Shown here: positions 23,495 to 36,174 of the stretch, piece after piece
Position numbering within the stretch: the first letter of the stretch is position 1
How the letters are laid out: the number at the start of each line of letters is the position of its first letter
Source: Tubulanus polymorphus
Taxonomy: Eukaryota > Animalia > Nemertea
Direction: 5' to 3'
Length of the DNA: 64,000 nt
Assembly: GCF_964204645.1 (NCBI RefSeq)
Contig: NC_134025.1
Span: 18,451,101 to 18,515,100, forward strand
Made by a program: the position numbers and the translations under genes
Notes under the pieces: generated by a model
The model's input: only the letters and a program-made list of their open reading frames with translations
The model's database searches: none
Told to the model about the DNA's origin: nothing

Positions 23495-26407
23495 ATGGAA
23501 TCAGAACAACCGCAAATTATCAATATTACAAATAACACTGGTGGTGTTATATATACTACAAGAAGTGTTCTAAGTGTGAAATAGATAAATTAGCTATAAC
23601 AGAATTTAGTAAGCGTAAGATTAGCAAAGATGGTTTTCAATATTGTTGTAAAACTTGCACTAAACTATAAACCAAACAATACCGAGAAGATAATATAGAA
23701 CATTATAATTATAATATGGCAGAATATATGAGAGAAAGATATCAAACAGATCTTAATTTTTAGGCCAGCCGTAGGCTGAGCCTATTACTATACAAATGGA
23801 GCGAATTTAAATGACATGGTTTCCACACAAAAGGCTCTTTTGCTTGCCAAGTGAGGGCATATTCGAACAAATCACGTATTTAAGCGTAATCCATTCTCGG
23901 AATCGTAGCGAGCAGAATTTTGAAATAGGGTCTCATAAAAATGTTTTCTGCATTTTTCACGAAAGTTAAATCGGGAAAATTTCAATTTTTATCAGCCACT
24001 CAGGAAGTTGTGTCTTCCCTGTGATTGGTTTATCTGAAAATATCAGCAGCTGTTCACGTGAATTATCGCGATTTCATAACTGGCGCTTTTGCGCATGACG
24101 TCATGTATCAACACGCGACAATACTTCCGCGTTCGCTACGTGTTCGCTGATTGGCCCATTTACTGGGAAATTCCACAGAAGCCTAATGTGGTTTGTTACA
24201 AGCGCTGTGATTGGCCCGACCCGATTCTGGCATGGCTTTAGCTTAGTGGGTTCGAATCCCTTGACGGGTGAAGATGATGGATCCTATCAATATCTATTGA
24301 AACAAATAAGTTTCCCGGTTGGGCAGCCGCGGATATCTACGGGAAGTGTTCCGGTTCGATATTTCGAGGTTTCTTTGAATTTTGGAGTGATATTGAAATC
24401 CGGTGAATACCAGCGGTAGATTGTGAAAACCCATTGCATGATATTTGTATTACTTAATCAACGAAAAGCGTCGGGGCCGCGCCAGGAGTTTTCGCGATTC
24501 AAGTAGCGCAATAGCCTACTTCTTCGTGTTCGTCCACCTCAATTTTCACTCCGCCGATCTCTGACACGGCTCTGTCCCCGTCGGCGCTGTGATTGCACTT
24601 TCGTACCACCAACATTTTTTATTTCTATATCAGGGAGGTCTGGAGAATAAAAAAGTCAAAATTTGGATATCACATAGGCCTGATTTCATCGAATAAGTCG
24701 ACCATGGTCGTTACGTTTCCGTACTTATTACCACCTAAAACCGTCTGAACAATTTTGTCACAACCAACATTTCGTTTACAGAAATCAGGTGTTCACGTGA
24801 ATCCGCGGTATCGTCTACTGTTTTACTTCCGGGTTTTATTTTAAGATTTAAAATTGTATTTCAAGATCGATTTCTATGAAATCTTTAGTTGATTTGGTGT
24901 TTGGGAGGAATTTTTATTTGCTCTACAGAAAATTCATCCTTGACAATTGCGCAAGGTTCGCGAAAAAAAGGTTTTACCAAATCGGGTGTATGACCTTGAT
25001 ATGCTAATTAGCCATGTGCCCGAATTGCAAATTCAATCAAATTTTATTCTGCCAAAAAATGTTAAATACAATTCGCTTTCCGAGAGTTAATGGTATGCTG
25101 CATGGAACAAAGTTGTTTTGAGATGGGTCTTGAAGCTATTGAGGTTGAGAGATAACCATCTAGATAGTTCGTGAGAGTTCCAAAGTTTTGAAGACGCTTC
25201 AATGTAATGTCTTGATATTTGTTTTATACGTGTATCTACCCTAGACACATCTTCAGGCCAAAAACTGGCCCTCTCAGATTCAAGATGGCCGACTGGCAGC
25301 CATTGTTGTTCGCCAAAATCAGCACTTTTTACACATTTTTGAAGTTTTCGAGGGAAATTTTGAAGACACTTTTATCAATAACCTTGATCATTCGTATATA
25401 TTTGTATCCCCCGAGGGCCCATCGGCATGAGAAAAATTAAGTCGATCGGACTCAAGATGGCCGTACTGTGACCTTTTTTGTTCCCAAAAATGTCAATTTT
25501 GGCCTGAATTCTGAGTACTGTAGCTTTCTAATGGTGCGCCATGTTTCATTGCAATTTGTAATGGGTATTCTTTGGAAAGGGATCTTTTATATCCGAGAGG
25601 GTATTTTTGACCAGGCAATTATGACGCACTTGGCAGCCATCTTGGGGTCATCAGTACTCATTCGTAGGTGGAAAAAAAGTTTTTCCACATCATAATTGAT
25701 ACTTAAGCATATTTTGCTACTATAATCAATTGGAAAGTTGTAGCTCATGACATGTTCTATGATCGAGGTGAGTTTCAAGCTCATTGGTTTTTTTATGGCC
25801 ACCAGGGGGCGTTGAACAATACAATAACTTAGTATTTCTATATTACATTCGTTCCTGCTGTCTGTGTTAACACACGATTTTACTATGTAAATGATATTGA
25901 GCAGGGAGTGTATATTGATAAACATAACCCACAGATTACATCATTTATAAAAAGCAAATCTGACAGGCTGGCCATTGTGCCCCTTGGGGCTCTTGTAGAT
26001 TGAAACAATGCTTAAGATCTAGATTAACACAATTATTCAACAAAGAAACACATTCAGAAACACTATCTAATTTGTTGGGTTGTTCAGATGAATTCTTAAA
26101 ATCGTGGATTATATATCAATTCGATGATAAAATGAATATAGATAATTATGGTGAATACTTTCATATTGATCATACGTTACCAATATCTAAATTTAACATG
26201 AATGATGAATACAATAAAAAACTTATTTGGAATTGGAAGAATTTAAGACCTTTAGAAAAGAAGGAAAACATAATTAAATCTAATAACCTAGATTTACAGT
26301 TATATTTAGAACAGTTAACAAAGGCAAAGAAATTTATTGATCAATGGAACAATGATCCAAATAATGAACAATACGTTGAGGAATTTGATATCAAGGATCC
26401 GAAATGA
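23495..26407 (+). pseudogene. HNH endonuclease interrupted by a Helentron-like element
   Basis: MESEQ..KKCSKC..SKDG..CKTC..YQTDLNF | RLKQCLRSR..FHIDHTLP..NWKNLRPLEKKEN. Confidence 0.85.
23760..25995 (+). mobile_element. Helentron-like non-autonomous element (HINE type)
   Basis: Inserted in a T run without TSD. 5' ttaggccagccgtaggctgagccta inverted repeat, matching 3' ggctggcc, and terminal hairpin gccccttggggc-tcttg. Confidence 0.72.
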
Positions 26408-26608
26408 CTTATCTGGACAGTTATAATTACTGCTCCTAATAGATAAACAAAAGTAGTGAGATATCAAATCCTAATTTAAATAAAAAGTATTTAAAAAACA
26501 ATAACTTCAACCAGCTAGTGAATTCTATTATATTTTTAATATTTTCTTTTCAAAAAAGAATACTTTATATCACAAATAAAAAATACTAAAAAAATAACTA
26601 ATACTAAA

Positions 26609-27208
26609 ATGCTTTACCTTTAACTAAGCTAGTATTAATCTAAAGAGATACTGGTATCATTTTATAATACTTATAATAAGGATCCAGTTGTTTCTAATTC
26701 TATTCAAGTTAATAACAATATTGATTATGAATACTATTTATATTGTAAACACCATCTTGAACTATTGATTGCTAGCGGAAAGTGTAGAGAGTTTTTAACT
26801 AAGACTATTACTTTTCAAGAATTAGATGCTATGAAACCAGAAAAAGTAATAAAATATTTTAAGATTTATGAAGAAGCTAGATTAGCTAGAATAAATGATT
26901 CTATTTCAGATGGTATTGTCAAATGTTATTCAAAATTATGTAACCAGTTAATACCAATTAATGATGAAAATAAATTATATAGTGATTTGAAAAATGACTA
27001 CTTAGTTATGACTGAATTACAAAAATGGGTCGGATATGCTTCATTCCAATTAGCATCGGTTATGACATTAATTTCTACTGGTGTCATAACATTTTCGAAC
27101 ATCAAGCCTATGGAATATAAATCAGGTAAGAACGAAACAGATGTACTACAACCAAACGTCGAAACAGAAAATGAATCAGAACAAAAATTAACTAAAATAA
27201 ATGAGTGA
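26609..27208 (+). pseudogene. Polinton ORF X (unknown function)
   Basis: YFKIYEEARLARINDSISDG; paralogues at 36545-36930 (-) and 1072-1192 (-). Confidence 0.7.
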
Positions 27209-27572
27209 TAGCGTTAAGAAAAAGGCTAGATCTGAAAAACAAATTAAATGGGCAAGAGAATTAGGTAAAAGATCTTCAGAATTAAAAAAAGCTAAGAAAA
27301 AGAAATTAACTGATATAAAAGAATCACAGAATTTATCTGATATTGATTCAAATAATAATCCATCTAATTCTTCTAATGCTGGAAGTAATTATAAATTATA
27401 TATTACAATTGGATTAGTAACAGTTATTATATTATCCGGTGTAATGTATAAATCAAAATTCAAATCTGATGATAAAGATGATTCCACTGACAATAAACCT
27501 ATCATACCAGAAAATAAGTCAAATCATAAAGTCATTGAAACTAAATCCAATAAGGGTAAAAAAATATTTTAA
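27201..27572 (+). CDS. Polinton ORF Y, basic N-terminus plus single TM helix
   Basis: Intact 123 aa with TAAATG start; paralogue at ~36175-36544 (-). Confidence 0.7.
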   Translation: MSDSVKKKARSEKQIKWARELGKRSSELKKAKKKKLTDIKESQNLSDIDSNNNPSNSSNAGSNYKLYITIGLVTVIILSGVMYKSKFKSDDKDDSTDNKPIIPENKSNHKVIETKSNKGKKIF

Positions 27573-27642
27573 AGCGTAAGGTTTCAGCGAACTCTAACTC
27601 TTTTTGAATTTTAACCTATTTTAATAAAAATTTGATATATAA

Positions 27643-28974
27643 ATGTGCTCCTGATTAATTAAAGTTCCCGCGAAAGACATGAATAATAAATATATAAATT
27701 CAATATTATATTATTTAACTGTTAACAATAATTTAACAGATATTTCAGGAGTAAATATAAATAAGTATTATAAATCTGAAAATAATGAATTAATTGAAAC
27801 ATCAGATATATTATGCGATAATATAATGCTATATAAAATCATGTTAGAAAAAGAATTTATTAAAGAAAATAGAACAAATTTTCTAAATGTTAATCAGAGA
27901 AAGATAACACATTATGAAATTAAAGAATGTTTTAATCAAGGAGATATTATATTGGATAACTTAGCTATAAAAATTACACGTGTTTTAACAATTCATGATG
28001 ATAATTCAAAATCATATATATTAAGTAGAATTAATCAAGAATTAAAATTAACAGATTATATCGCTGTATTTAAAATTTCATTATGCAATCAAAATTTAAA
28101 TGAATTAATACAGAAAATGGATAATATTGAAAAATTATTAAATGAAAAAAATTACAATATATTAGATGTAGATGTGACACAAGATTTTAAAGGATCATTT
28201 AATTCAGATGAAATAAAATCAATGTTCGAAAATAGAAAATATAAAGTTCTAAAAGAATTTCCCAATAGTTGTGTTTCAGCATTACATAAGGATGATAAAA
28301 TAAAGATCTATAATAAAACAGCATGTCAATTCAAATCTCCTGGTGTAAATATAAATTTCGGTTCAAATTTAATGAGTTACATAAATTGCTATCAAGAGAG
28401 GTTAAAAGAATCATTTGAAAAATCAATTGAAACAGGATTGATTAGAATTAAAATAACAAGTATCTCATCTAAAAGAGGATTAAAAGTGATTAAAAAAATA
28501 AAACAATACTTAAAAAAAGAAAATATTTACTATTCACCTACATATTTACAACTTAAATCATTATTTGATGAGGTTCAACAGACTGTATGTATTTTTTGAT
28601 TTGATAGAAAAATGCTTTTATTTCTGTTATTATGGTGATTTATTAGCAAGGAAATTTACAGGATATAAATCTAGGATAAGTAAAAATATTGAAGAGTCCT
28701 CCTTTTTACTTATTTTATCAATGTTTACAATTAAGAATATCCCATGTTTATACCTAACAATTTATCAAAATGATGATAAATCAGAATTCATTATTGAAGC
28801 AAAAAAGTATATTAAAACTGAAGGAGCAACTGTTATATCTTCAACTAATTCAATGTTTACAGTATTGAATAAATTTATATTTAGATTTAAATTGCGTGAA
28901 ACAGGAATTAGTTTTACAACTTTAAAAAAGAGATACAATATAAAATCTAAACCTTTTTATAAATTAGATGCACT
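27643..28974 (+). pseudogene. Putative Rep_trans-family (pT181 RepC-like) rolling-circle initiator/nickase, 5' part
   Basis: Ordered motifs LDNLAIKI, DVDVTQDF, KIKIYNK, LIRIKIT. One early stop and one frameshift (~28595). Preceded by the Polinton upstream motif. Confidence 0.6.
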
Positions 28975-29129
28975 ATGAGAATATTTCAAAAGATTTGATG
29001 AATGAAAATGATAAATTGAGTAAAAAATTAAAGGAGTCAAATGGAAACAATCACAGAAATAAAAAGAATAAAAAAGTTAATTTAGAAAATGATTTAGAGG
29101 ATTAAAACAGCATCTTTTAATTTCATATA

Positions 29130-30156
29130 TTTTGACTATAAAAATGAGTGAAAATATATTAAACTTATTAAACTATATATATTAAACTTCAATTTTATCA
29201 CCTGATATTCTGTTATATTATTCTTGATCATTTCTTTATCGAAAAATTCATTTGATATGTAAATATTTTCATCATTATGAATTAAAATTAGATGGCGCAA
29301 TTTATTTCTAAAATATCTAGGATTAATGAAATCAATATTATATTCAGAATTATCTTTCAATAGTTCTAAACGCTCGCATTGCTTAATTTTCATATTGTTA
29401 AGTTTCATTTTTCTTAAATAATCAGATTCTTTACGCATATCACATACATTTATAAAATCATTAGAATCTATCTTTAAATATTCAGTATATTTTTTCATCA
29501 ATTCAAAATCCATTTTATCAATTATTTCAAAATGATTGTGTGTTATTTTCTTTACTTGGAAAATAGGTTTTTCTAATTTTGATAAAATAAAGTGTCTATC
29601 AGGGCTATGAACGCCTATTTTTAACTTTTCGATGATTTTTTCTATCGAAGACAATTCAAAATAATTATTATTTAATACGTCTAATTGTAATATTTTTATC
29701 AATAATTCTCTTAAATCAGTAGTAGTTTCATAAAAGCCTTGATCTGTTATAATATAACTGAAATAAAGATCTGTTATACATTTACATTGAGTTGAAAAAC
29801 CTCTAATTTCAAAAATTGTATTATTGTCAATTCCAGATATTTTAGGAGTATAATCATTTAATTTTACTTCAGGAATTATTTCAAGTTTTTTAAATTCTAT
29901 CTCAAATAATTCATTATCAATATCTAATTGTTGCTTTAATTCATTACAAATTTTATTTCTATTTTCATCTATATCTTCTTGTAATTGTTTAAGTTCTTTC
30001 ATTTCTTCTAACTTTTTAAATTCACTTTAAGATAATAATTTTAAATCAAAATCTTCTTCAATATCAAGTGCATCTAATTTATAAAAAGGTTTAGATTTTA
30101 TATTGTATCTCTTTTTTAAAGTTGTAAAACTAATTCCTGTTTCACGCAATTTAAAT
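29130..30156 (-). pseudogene. Inverted 3' continuation of the Rep-like gene
   Basis: 30067-30156 is the reverse complement of 28885-28974 and reads on (KLDALDIEEDFDL...) into the 288-aa ORF 29136-30002. Confidence 0.8.
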
Positions 30157-30667
30157 AACATAGAATTTCAGAACGAAGAAATTAAATTATTATTAAAATC
30201 ATATGATTATAATATTAATAGATTAAAAGTTATTTTTAAAGATTTGTTGATAAAACCAAATTCTGAAATAACATTGAAAGATAGAATAAAATTATTATTT
30301 AAAATAGAAGGTATCACAATTCTTTCAATTCTAACAGCTGTAACTATGTTATTTACAACAATTGGTTTAGCAATATCAAATTCATTAAAATCTACGCCTA
30401 CACCCAATAAACCGGATAAACCCCCAAATGATAATAATTCTATACAACATAAAGTTAAAGCTGGATTAAAGAAATAAGCAAAATATTTATGGGAACTATA
30501 TAAAAAATCTGCTGCAGCATAACCCGGAGTTATTGCATCAATTGTTGGTTTTGTTTTAAAGTCTGCTGGAAATATTCTTAACTTTGCTGCTGAACATATA
30601 ATTTATCTTTAATTACAGTTGTAAGTGCATTTATTTATGGGTTAGTTAATATGATAAAAAAATTAAT
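30157..30667 (+). pseudogene. 3' part of a Polinton membrane protein upstream of MCP
   Basis: TLKDRIKLLFKIEGITILSILTA...KSAAA.PGVIASIVGF..FAAEH. Confidence 0.65.
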
Positions 30668-30689
30668 AATTAATTTTTTTCTTAAATAA

Positions 30690-31934
30690 ATGAGTGGGCG
30701 TTACATAAATCCTTCTAAGAATTCAAGAATATCTAATGCTATTAAAGCAGAAAGATCTCACCATATTATTACTCATAATCCTTCTAATATTAATCCTGAT
30801 GAAACCTTATATGTTAGAATCCCGAGATTAAATCAAAATACTTTTTATGTTCCAAATAGTATTTATTTGTCAGCTGATATAAATGTAACTGGTAATGATA
30901 ATAATTACGTTGTAGATAATGTTGGGAGATATTTGATTAAAAAATTAACTATGAAGATTGGACCAGAAACAGTTTTCTCATTAGATGATTATAATTTATT
31001 TATGCATTACAGAGATTTATGGTTAACAAAAGAAAATAGAAATAATATGATATTTCAAGGCATCCAATCAGAAAACCAAAATGAATTACGATCTGAAGCT
31101 AATAGCGCAATATTAACTAATGATGTAGATAAATTAATATAAAAAGATTTATGGAAGCAAATATAAAATTCCATTAGATTTTGAATTGATAAATTATAAT
31201 GCGCCTTTATATAAATACGCAATTCAAAAGATATTATATTTGAAATAACATTTGCTCCTGTTAATGAAATTGTATTATCAAGTGTTGTTAAAGATATGGG
31301 TTATAAATTATCAAATATAAGTTTAGAATATGACACAGTAACTGATGTAAATATGTCAAGTATAATTCAAACTCAATACAATCAAGGATTTTCATTATTA
31401 TATGATTATATTGATAAATTTAAAACTGTAACTATTAATGCAAATGATGAAATAATTAATGAGAATATTAACTTCCCAAGAAGATCTATTAAAGGTATAT
31501 TAATATTTTTTTACCATTGCAACATATTCTAATGGTGCAATAAATGTTGATAATTATTATAATCCTGAAATTTCTAAAGTAGAAATTACTATCGAAGGTA
31601 TAGCAAATAAAATATTTTGCCAGGGAATGAGAATGATAGATCAATGGCCAGAAATTAGAAGACATTTTTTGAATGAAAAAATGAAATCATCTGAAGATTG
31701 TAATATTAATCAAATAGATTACCGGTAATAAATATGCATTATGGTTAGATTTAAGAACAACTGAAGATAACTTATTACATGGTTCTGGTAAAAAAACTAC
31801 AGAACACTAAAGATGGAATACAATTATTCATGAAAAAAAAAAAAGGAGACAAAAATTTCAAAATGCACATTTATATTATATCTGACGCGCAATTAAATAT
31901 TGTAGATTCTCATTTATATAGTGTTATGTATTAA
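30690..31934 (+). pseudogene. Major capsid protein (double jelly-roll)
   Basis: THNPSNINPDETLYVRIPRL...VVDNVGR.LIKKL...YKLSNISLEYD...NINFPRRSIKGIL...ALWLDLRT..D..LHGSG...ISDAQLNI; ~415 codons with stops and frameshifts. Confidence 0.82.
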
Positions 31935-31967
31935 GAATTTTAATTTTAATAAAAAATTCTATAATAA

Positions 31968-33084
31968 ATGGAAGGAGGAATATATGAAATACAAAGTCCA
32001 AGTGAAATGATATCAGATATATATGATGTAATACCTTATAATATAGTAAGTATTTTGGAAAATTCTTTAATCAATTCAAATATAGAATAAGTAAAATAGA
32101 TAATAATGTTGAACCTAAAAAAGGAGATAACATTGAATCTAAAATAGAAGATAAGAATATTGAAACTAAAAAAGAAGATAATATTGAAACAAAAAAAGAA
32201 GATGATGTTATACCTTCTACATCGAATAATGATAAGATTGAGCCTGATATCGAAACCAAAAAGACAAATGAAACATATTGTGACGTATGTAAAGAATATA
32301 AAAGTTATAAGAATTGGGCAACTCATCTTAATTCAATCAAGCATAATAAAAATAAGAATATAAATGAATTGAATAATAATAGTGAAATTGATAATGATAA
32401 AACTGAAGAAGAAAATAATAATGATAAATATTGTGAGGAATGTGATAAATATAAAAGTCGTAGTAGTTTTTCAAAACATAAATTAACTCAAATACATTTG
32501 GATAATGTAGAAAGAAGTTATATTACCTAAAGACAAAAGTTAAACATAATAATTCTATTGAACATACAATAAAAGCTATTGATCCAAAACACCTTTATAG
32601 AGTACCATGGGTATTTTTTGATATCGAAAATAATAATCATAGGAAATTATATAGATCAATTTTCATCGATTTTGTAAGAAATAATCCAAATGTAGTATTA
32701 TCAGATGTAAAAACTCGTTGGGCGAATATAGATAAATATCATCAAATTTAAAAGGAGAGATTTTTTGACAGAATTGAAAAAAGTTGCTGCTTATGATAAT
32801 AAAAGTTATAACTTTGATGAAATAATTCAGTATTACAGTTATGAAGATTTTTCACAAGATTTTATAAATAAAATTAAAAATGATGCAAAAATAAATATAA
32901 AAATATAAGTGAAGATCAATTAAATCAATATATCTATTTAAGTTATGAATTGTTTGCTAAAGGTTTGAGGGCTAGCGATAGTTATCATACCAAACAATTA
33001 GGTGAAGTTGAAGGCAATAGAAAATCACAAGAATTAAGAGATGCATGGCACAAATTGTGGTTAGAATTAGAATCAGAAAAGTAA
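31968..33084 (+). pseudogene. Polinton protein with acidic repeats and C2H2 zinc fingers
   Basis: YCDVCK..NWATHLNSIKH and YCEECDK..FSKHKLTQIH; frameshifted. Confidence 0.6.
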
Positions 33085-33090
33085 TTTAAA

Positions 33091-34416
33091 CTAGGGGTCC
33101 AGGGACACCATGCCCATTTGGGAAGTGGTTCCAAATGCTCAACAATCTAACAATTTCAATATTCAACGCCCCCTGGTGACCATATACAAAAATCAATGAC
33201 CTTAAAACTCACCACAATCATAGATCATGTCAGCAGCTACGATTTTGTAATTGATTGTGATAAAATATGCATCGTTACCAATTTAATATGGAAATACTAA
33301 GTTATACTACTATTCAACGCCCCCTGGTGACCATATTCAAAACCCAATGACCTCGAAACTCACCACAATCATAGAACATGTCATGAACTACAACTTTGCA
33401 ATCGATCATGGTAACAAAATATGCCTAGGTATCAATATAATAAGGAAATACTAAGTTATTCTACTATTCAACGCCCCCTGGTGACCATATAATATAACTA
33501 ATGTCCTTAAAACTTGCAATAATCATAGAGGATGTCATGAGCTACAACTTTCCAATTGATTGTCATTAACTACAACTTTGCAATTGATCATGGTAACAAA
33601 ATATGCCTAAGTACCAATTTAATAAGGAAATACTAAGTTATTCTACTATTCAACGCCCCCTGGTGACCATATGATATAACTAATGTCCTTAAAACTTGCA
33701 ACAATCATAGAGGATGTCATGAGCTACAACTTTCCAATTTATTGTGGTTACAAAATATGCATAGGTACGAATATAATAAAGAAATGCTAAGATATTGTAT
33801 TATTCAACGCCCCCTGATGGCCATATACAAAATCCAATGATCTTGAAACTCACCACAATCATAGAACACGTTATAGAACAACTTTCTTATTGATTGTGGT
33901 AGCAAAATACGCTTCAAAACATCCCTTTCCAAAGAAAACCTATCACAAATTGCAATGAGAAATGGCAAACCAGTAGGAAGCTACATGACTCAGAATTCGG
34001 GCCAAAATTAACATTTTTGGGCACTAAAAAGGTCATAGGACGGCCATCTTGAGTCCGATTGACCCAATTTTTGTTATGCTGATGGGCCCTGGGGGATTCA
34101 CATATATCCGAAAGATCAAGGTAATTAATCATAGCGTCTTCAAAATTTCCCTCAATAAGTTCAAAAATGTGTAAAAAGTGCTGATTTTGGCGAACAACAA
34201 TGGCTGCCAGTCGGCCATCTTGATTTTGACAGGGCCAGTTTTTGGGCTAAAGATGTGTCTAGGGTAGATATATGTGTGACCCAAATATCAAGATAATACC
34301 TTGAAGCGTCCTGAAAACTTCCAAAATAAGTGGATTCCGTCTACGGACGGACGGACGGACGACGGACGAAAAGTGAACGCAATAGCCCGCTGGGACTAAA
34401 GTCCCAAGTGGGCTAA
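33091..34416 (-). mobile_element. Helentron-like non-autonomous element with ~155-bp tandem core repeats
   Basis: Terminal palindrome tagcccgctgggac..gtcccaagtgggcta, (GGAC)n microsatellite and ctaggggtcc..ggac end. Shares 33915-34320 with 25190-25585 in inverted orientation. Confidence 0.72.
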
Positions 34417-34439
34417 ATATGAATATAATACCCTCCTAT

Positions 34440-35110
34440 GTCTTCATATCTTTAGTACTTTTAGTAGAGATAAAAACCGATTTATATATTACTGTTTCAA
34501 TAATAATATTTATTCATCTGATAGATTTCACATATTACTGTTTCAATAATGATAAATATCATAGATTTATTATATATAAAAATCATTTTATTTTAAATCA
34601 GTAAAAATCAGTAAAAATAAAATAAAGATGTATTCTTTATGTACTAAAGGTACTAAAGATAATAGATGTATTCTTTATGTACTAAAGGTACTAAAGATAA
34701 TAAAGACATAACAAACACACATAGATTTATAATTTATATTTGATTCAGTAATAAATATCCTAGATTTATTTATCTCGCAGATTTATTATATATATTTGAT
34801 TCAGTAATGATAAATCTATATGTCTTTATATTGTCTTTCGTAGTTTAGTAGTTTTAAAAATAATTTAAATCAGTACGAATATAATAAAGATTTATTCTTT
34901 ATGTACTAAAAGTACTAAAACTACTAAGGAGATAAAGACACAACAAACACACATAGGTTTATCATATATATTACTGTTTCAGTAATAAATATCATAGATT
35001 TATTTATCTCACAGATTCATCATATACATGTTTTTATTTTTTCATCTACTAATAAAATAAAGATTTATTCTTTATGTACTACATATTATGTGGTTCTAAT
35101 ATAAATAAAT
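34440..35110. repeat. AT-rich Polinton intergenic repeat region between convergent gene blocks
   Basis: Four copies of tattctttatgtacta and repeated gatttat/cagtaataaatatc modules. Confidence 0.75.
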
Positions 35111-35112
35111 CT

Positions 35113-36171
35113 TTATTCATTTATTCTTTTAATTTTACTAGATAAAATCCATTCATTAAATTTATCATCGTACCCTTTATATTTCTTTATAGAATATTTC
35201 TTACCACGTAATGTTTTTGTTTTCAATACTTTTTCTATTTTATATTCTATTTCATCTGGATCTGGTACAAATGATAATTCTTGTTCATAAAAATAACCTA
35301 ATATTTCTTCATCTTTCAAATCTACTAATTTATAAACAAATGGTTTAGTTAATATTATCTTTTTAATCTTGAATATTTCTTCAGTAAAATTTGGAGTATA
35401 ACCTTTATAAACTGTTTTTCTATATTTAGATATTCTAACATGTTGACCAATTTTAAACTTAGGTTCTCCGAAATCATGTGTAACAAACGCACCATATAAA
35501 TTATTCCAAACTATTTCTGAAATATCTTCTTTTCTAGCTTGTATAGGTTTCATACCAATACTTGAATGTTTAGAATTATTATAACCTTTCACTAAATCAT
35601 CTAACACATCGATATATTTATATGTTTCATTAGCAGTGAAATATTTCCACATTCTAGTTTTCAATGTTTGATTAAGTCTATCTATGATTGATGCTTTTTT
35701 ATCTGAGTGTGTTGAAAAATACTCTACATCGTTATCAGATAATAATTTTTTCAAATGTTTATTATAGAATTCCTTACCTTCATCAAATTGTATCTTACCT
35801 GGAATAGCTTCTTTAAATATTGAGTTAAAAGCATTAGTATCTTCTATACTATTTTTATTTTTGATTGGTATTGACCATGCGTATCTATATCTATAACATT
35901 TAATATCCAGAAATATCCTTTATTGTATTCTTAAGTTCTTCATGTCAATCAAATCTGCTTGCCATTGTTGATCGATATATGAAACCATAACTTTTCTCGT
36001 TAAATAGTTTTTATCCAATTTCTTATGGATTTGATATGTTGGTTGATTTTGTAACCATAATCTTAGTTCATTATGAGATTTAATTTTATCCCATAATTCT
36101 GAAACGCTTGAATGTGATACTTCACTCTCTGGGTTATAATATAACTCTCTTAAATATTGTTCTTTTTTCAT
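35113..36171 (-). pseudogene. Polinton retroviral-like (rve) integrase with C-terminal chromodomain
   Basis: WQADLIDM, QFDEGKEFYN, KASIIDRLNQTLK, YNNSKHSSIGMKP, KGYTPNFTEEIF, YKIEKVLK..KYKGY...NEWI. Confidence 0.93.
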
Positions 36172-36174
36172 CTT

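Larger units (their letters stand above)
23057..30156 (+). mobile_element. Arm of a second Polinton (element B): hairpin, HNH, ORF X, ORF Y, Rep-like gene
   Basis: AGT terminus with a 188-bp hairpin. The first three genes have the same order as in the right arm of A. The other end is not seen. Confidence 0.8.

Noticed and set aside
24230-24262. tRNA gene (GGTTCGAATCCC)
   Set aside because: B-box only; no cloverleaf can be built; lies inside a repeat element.
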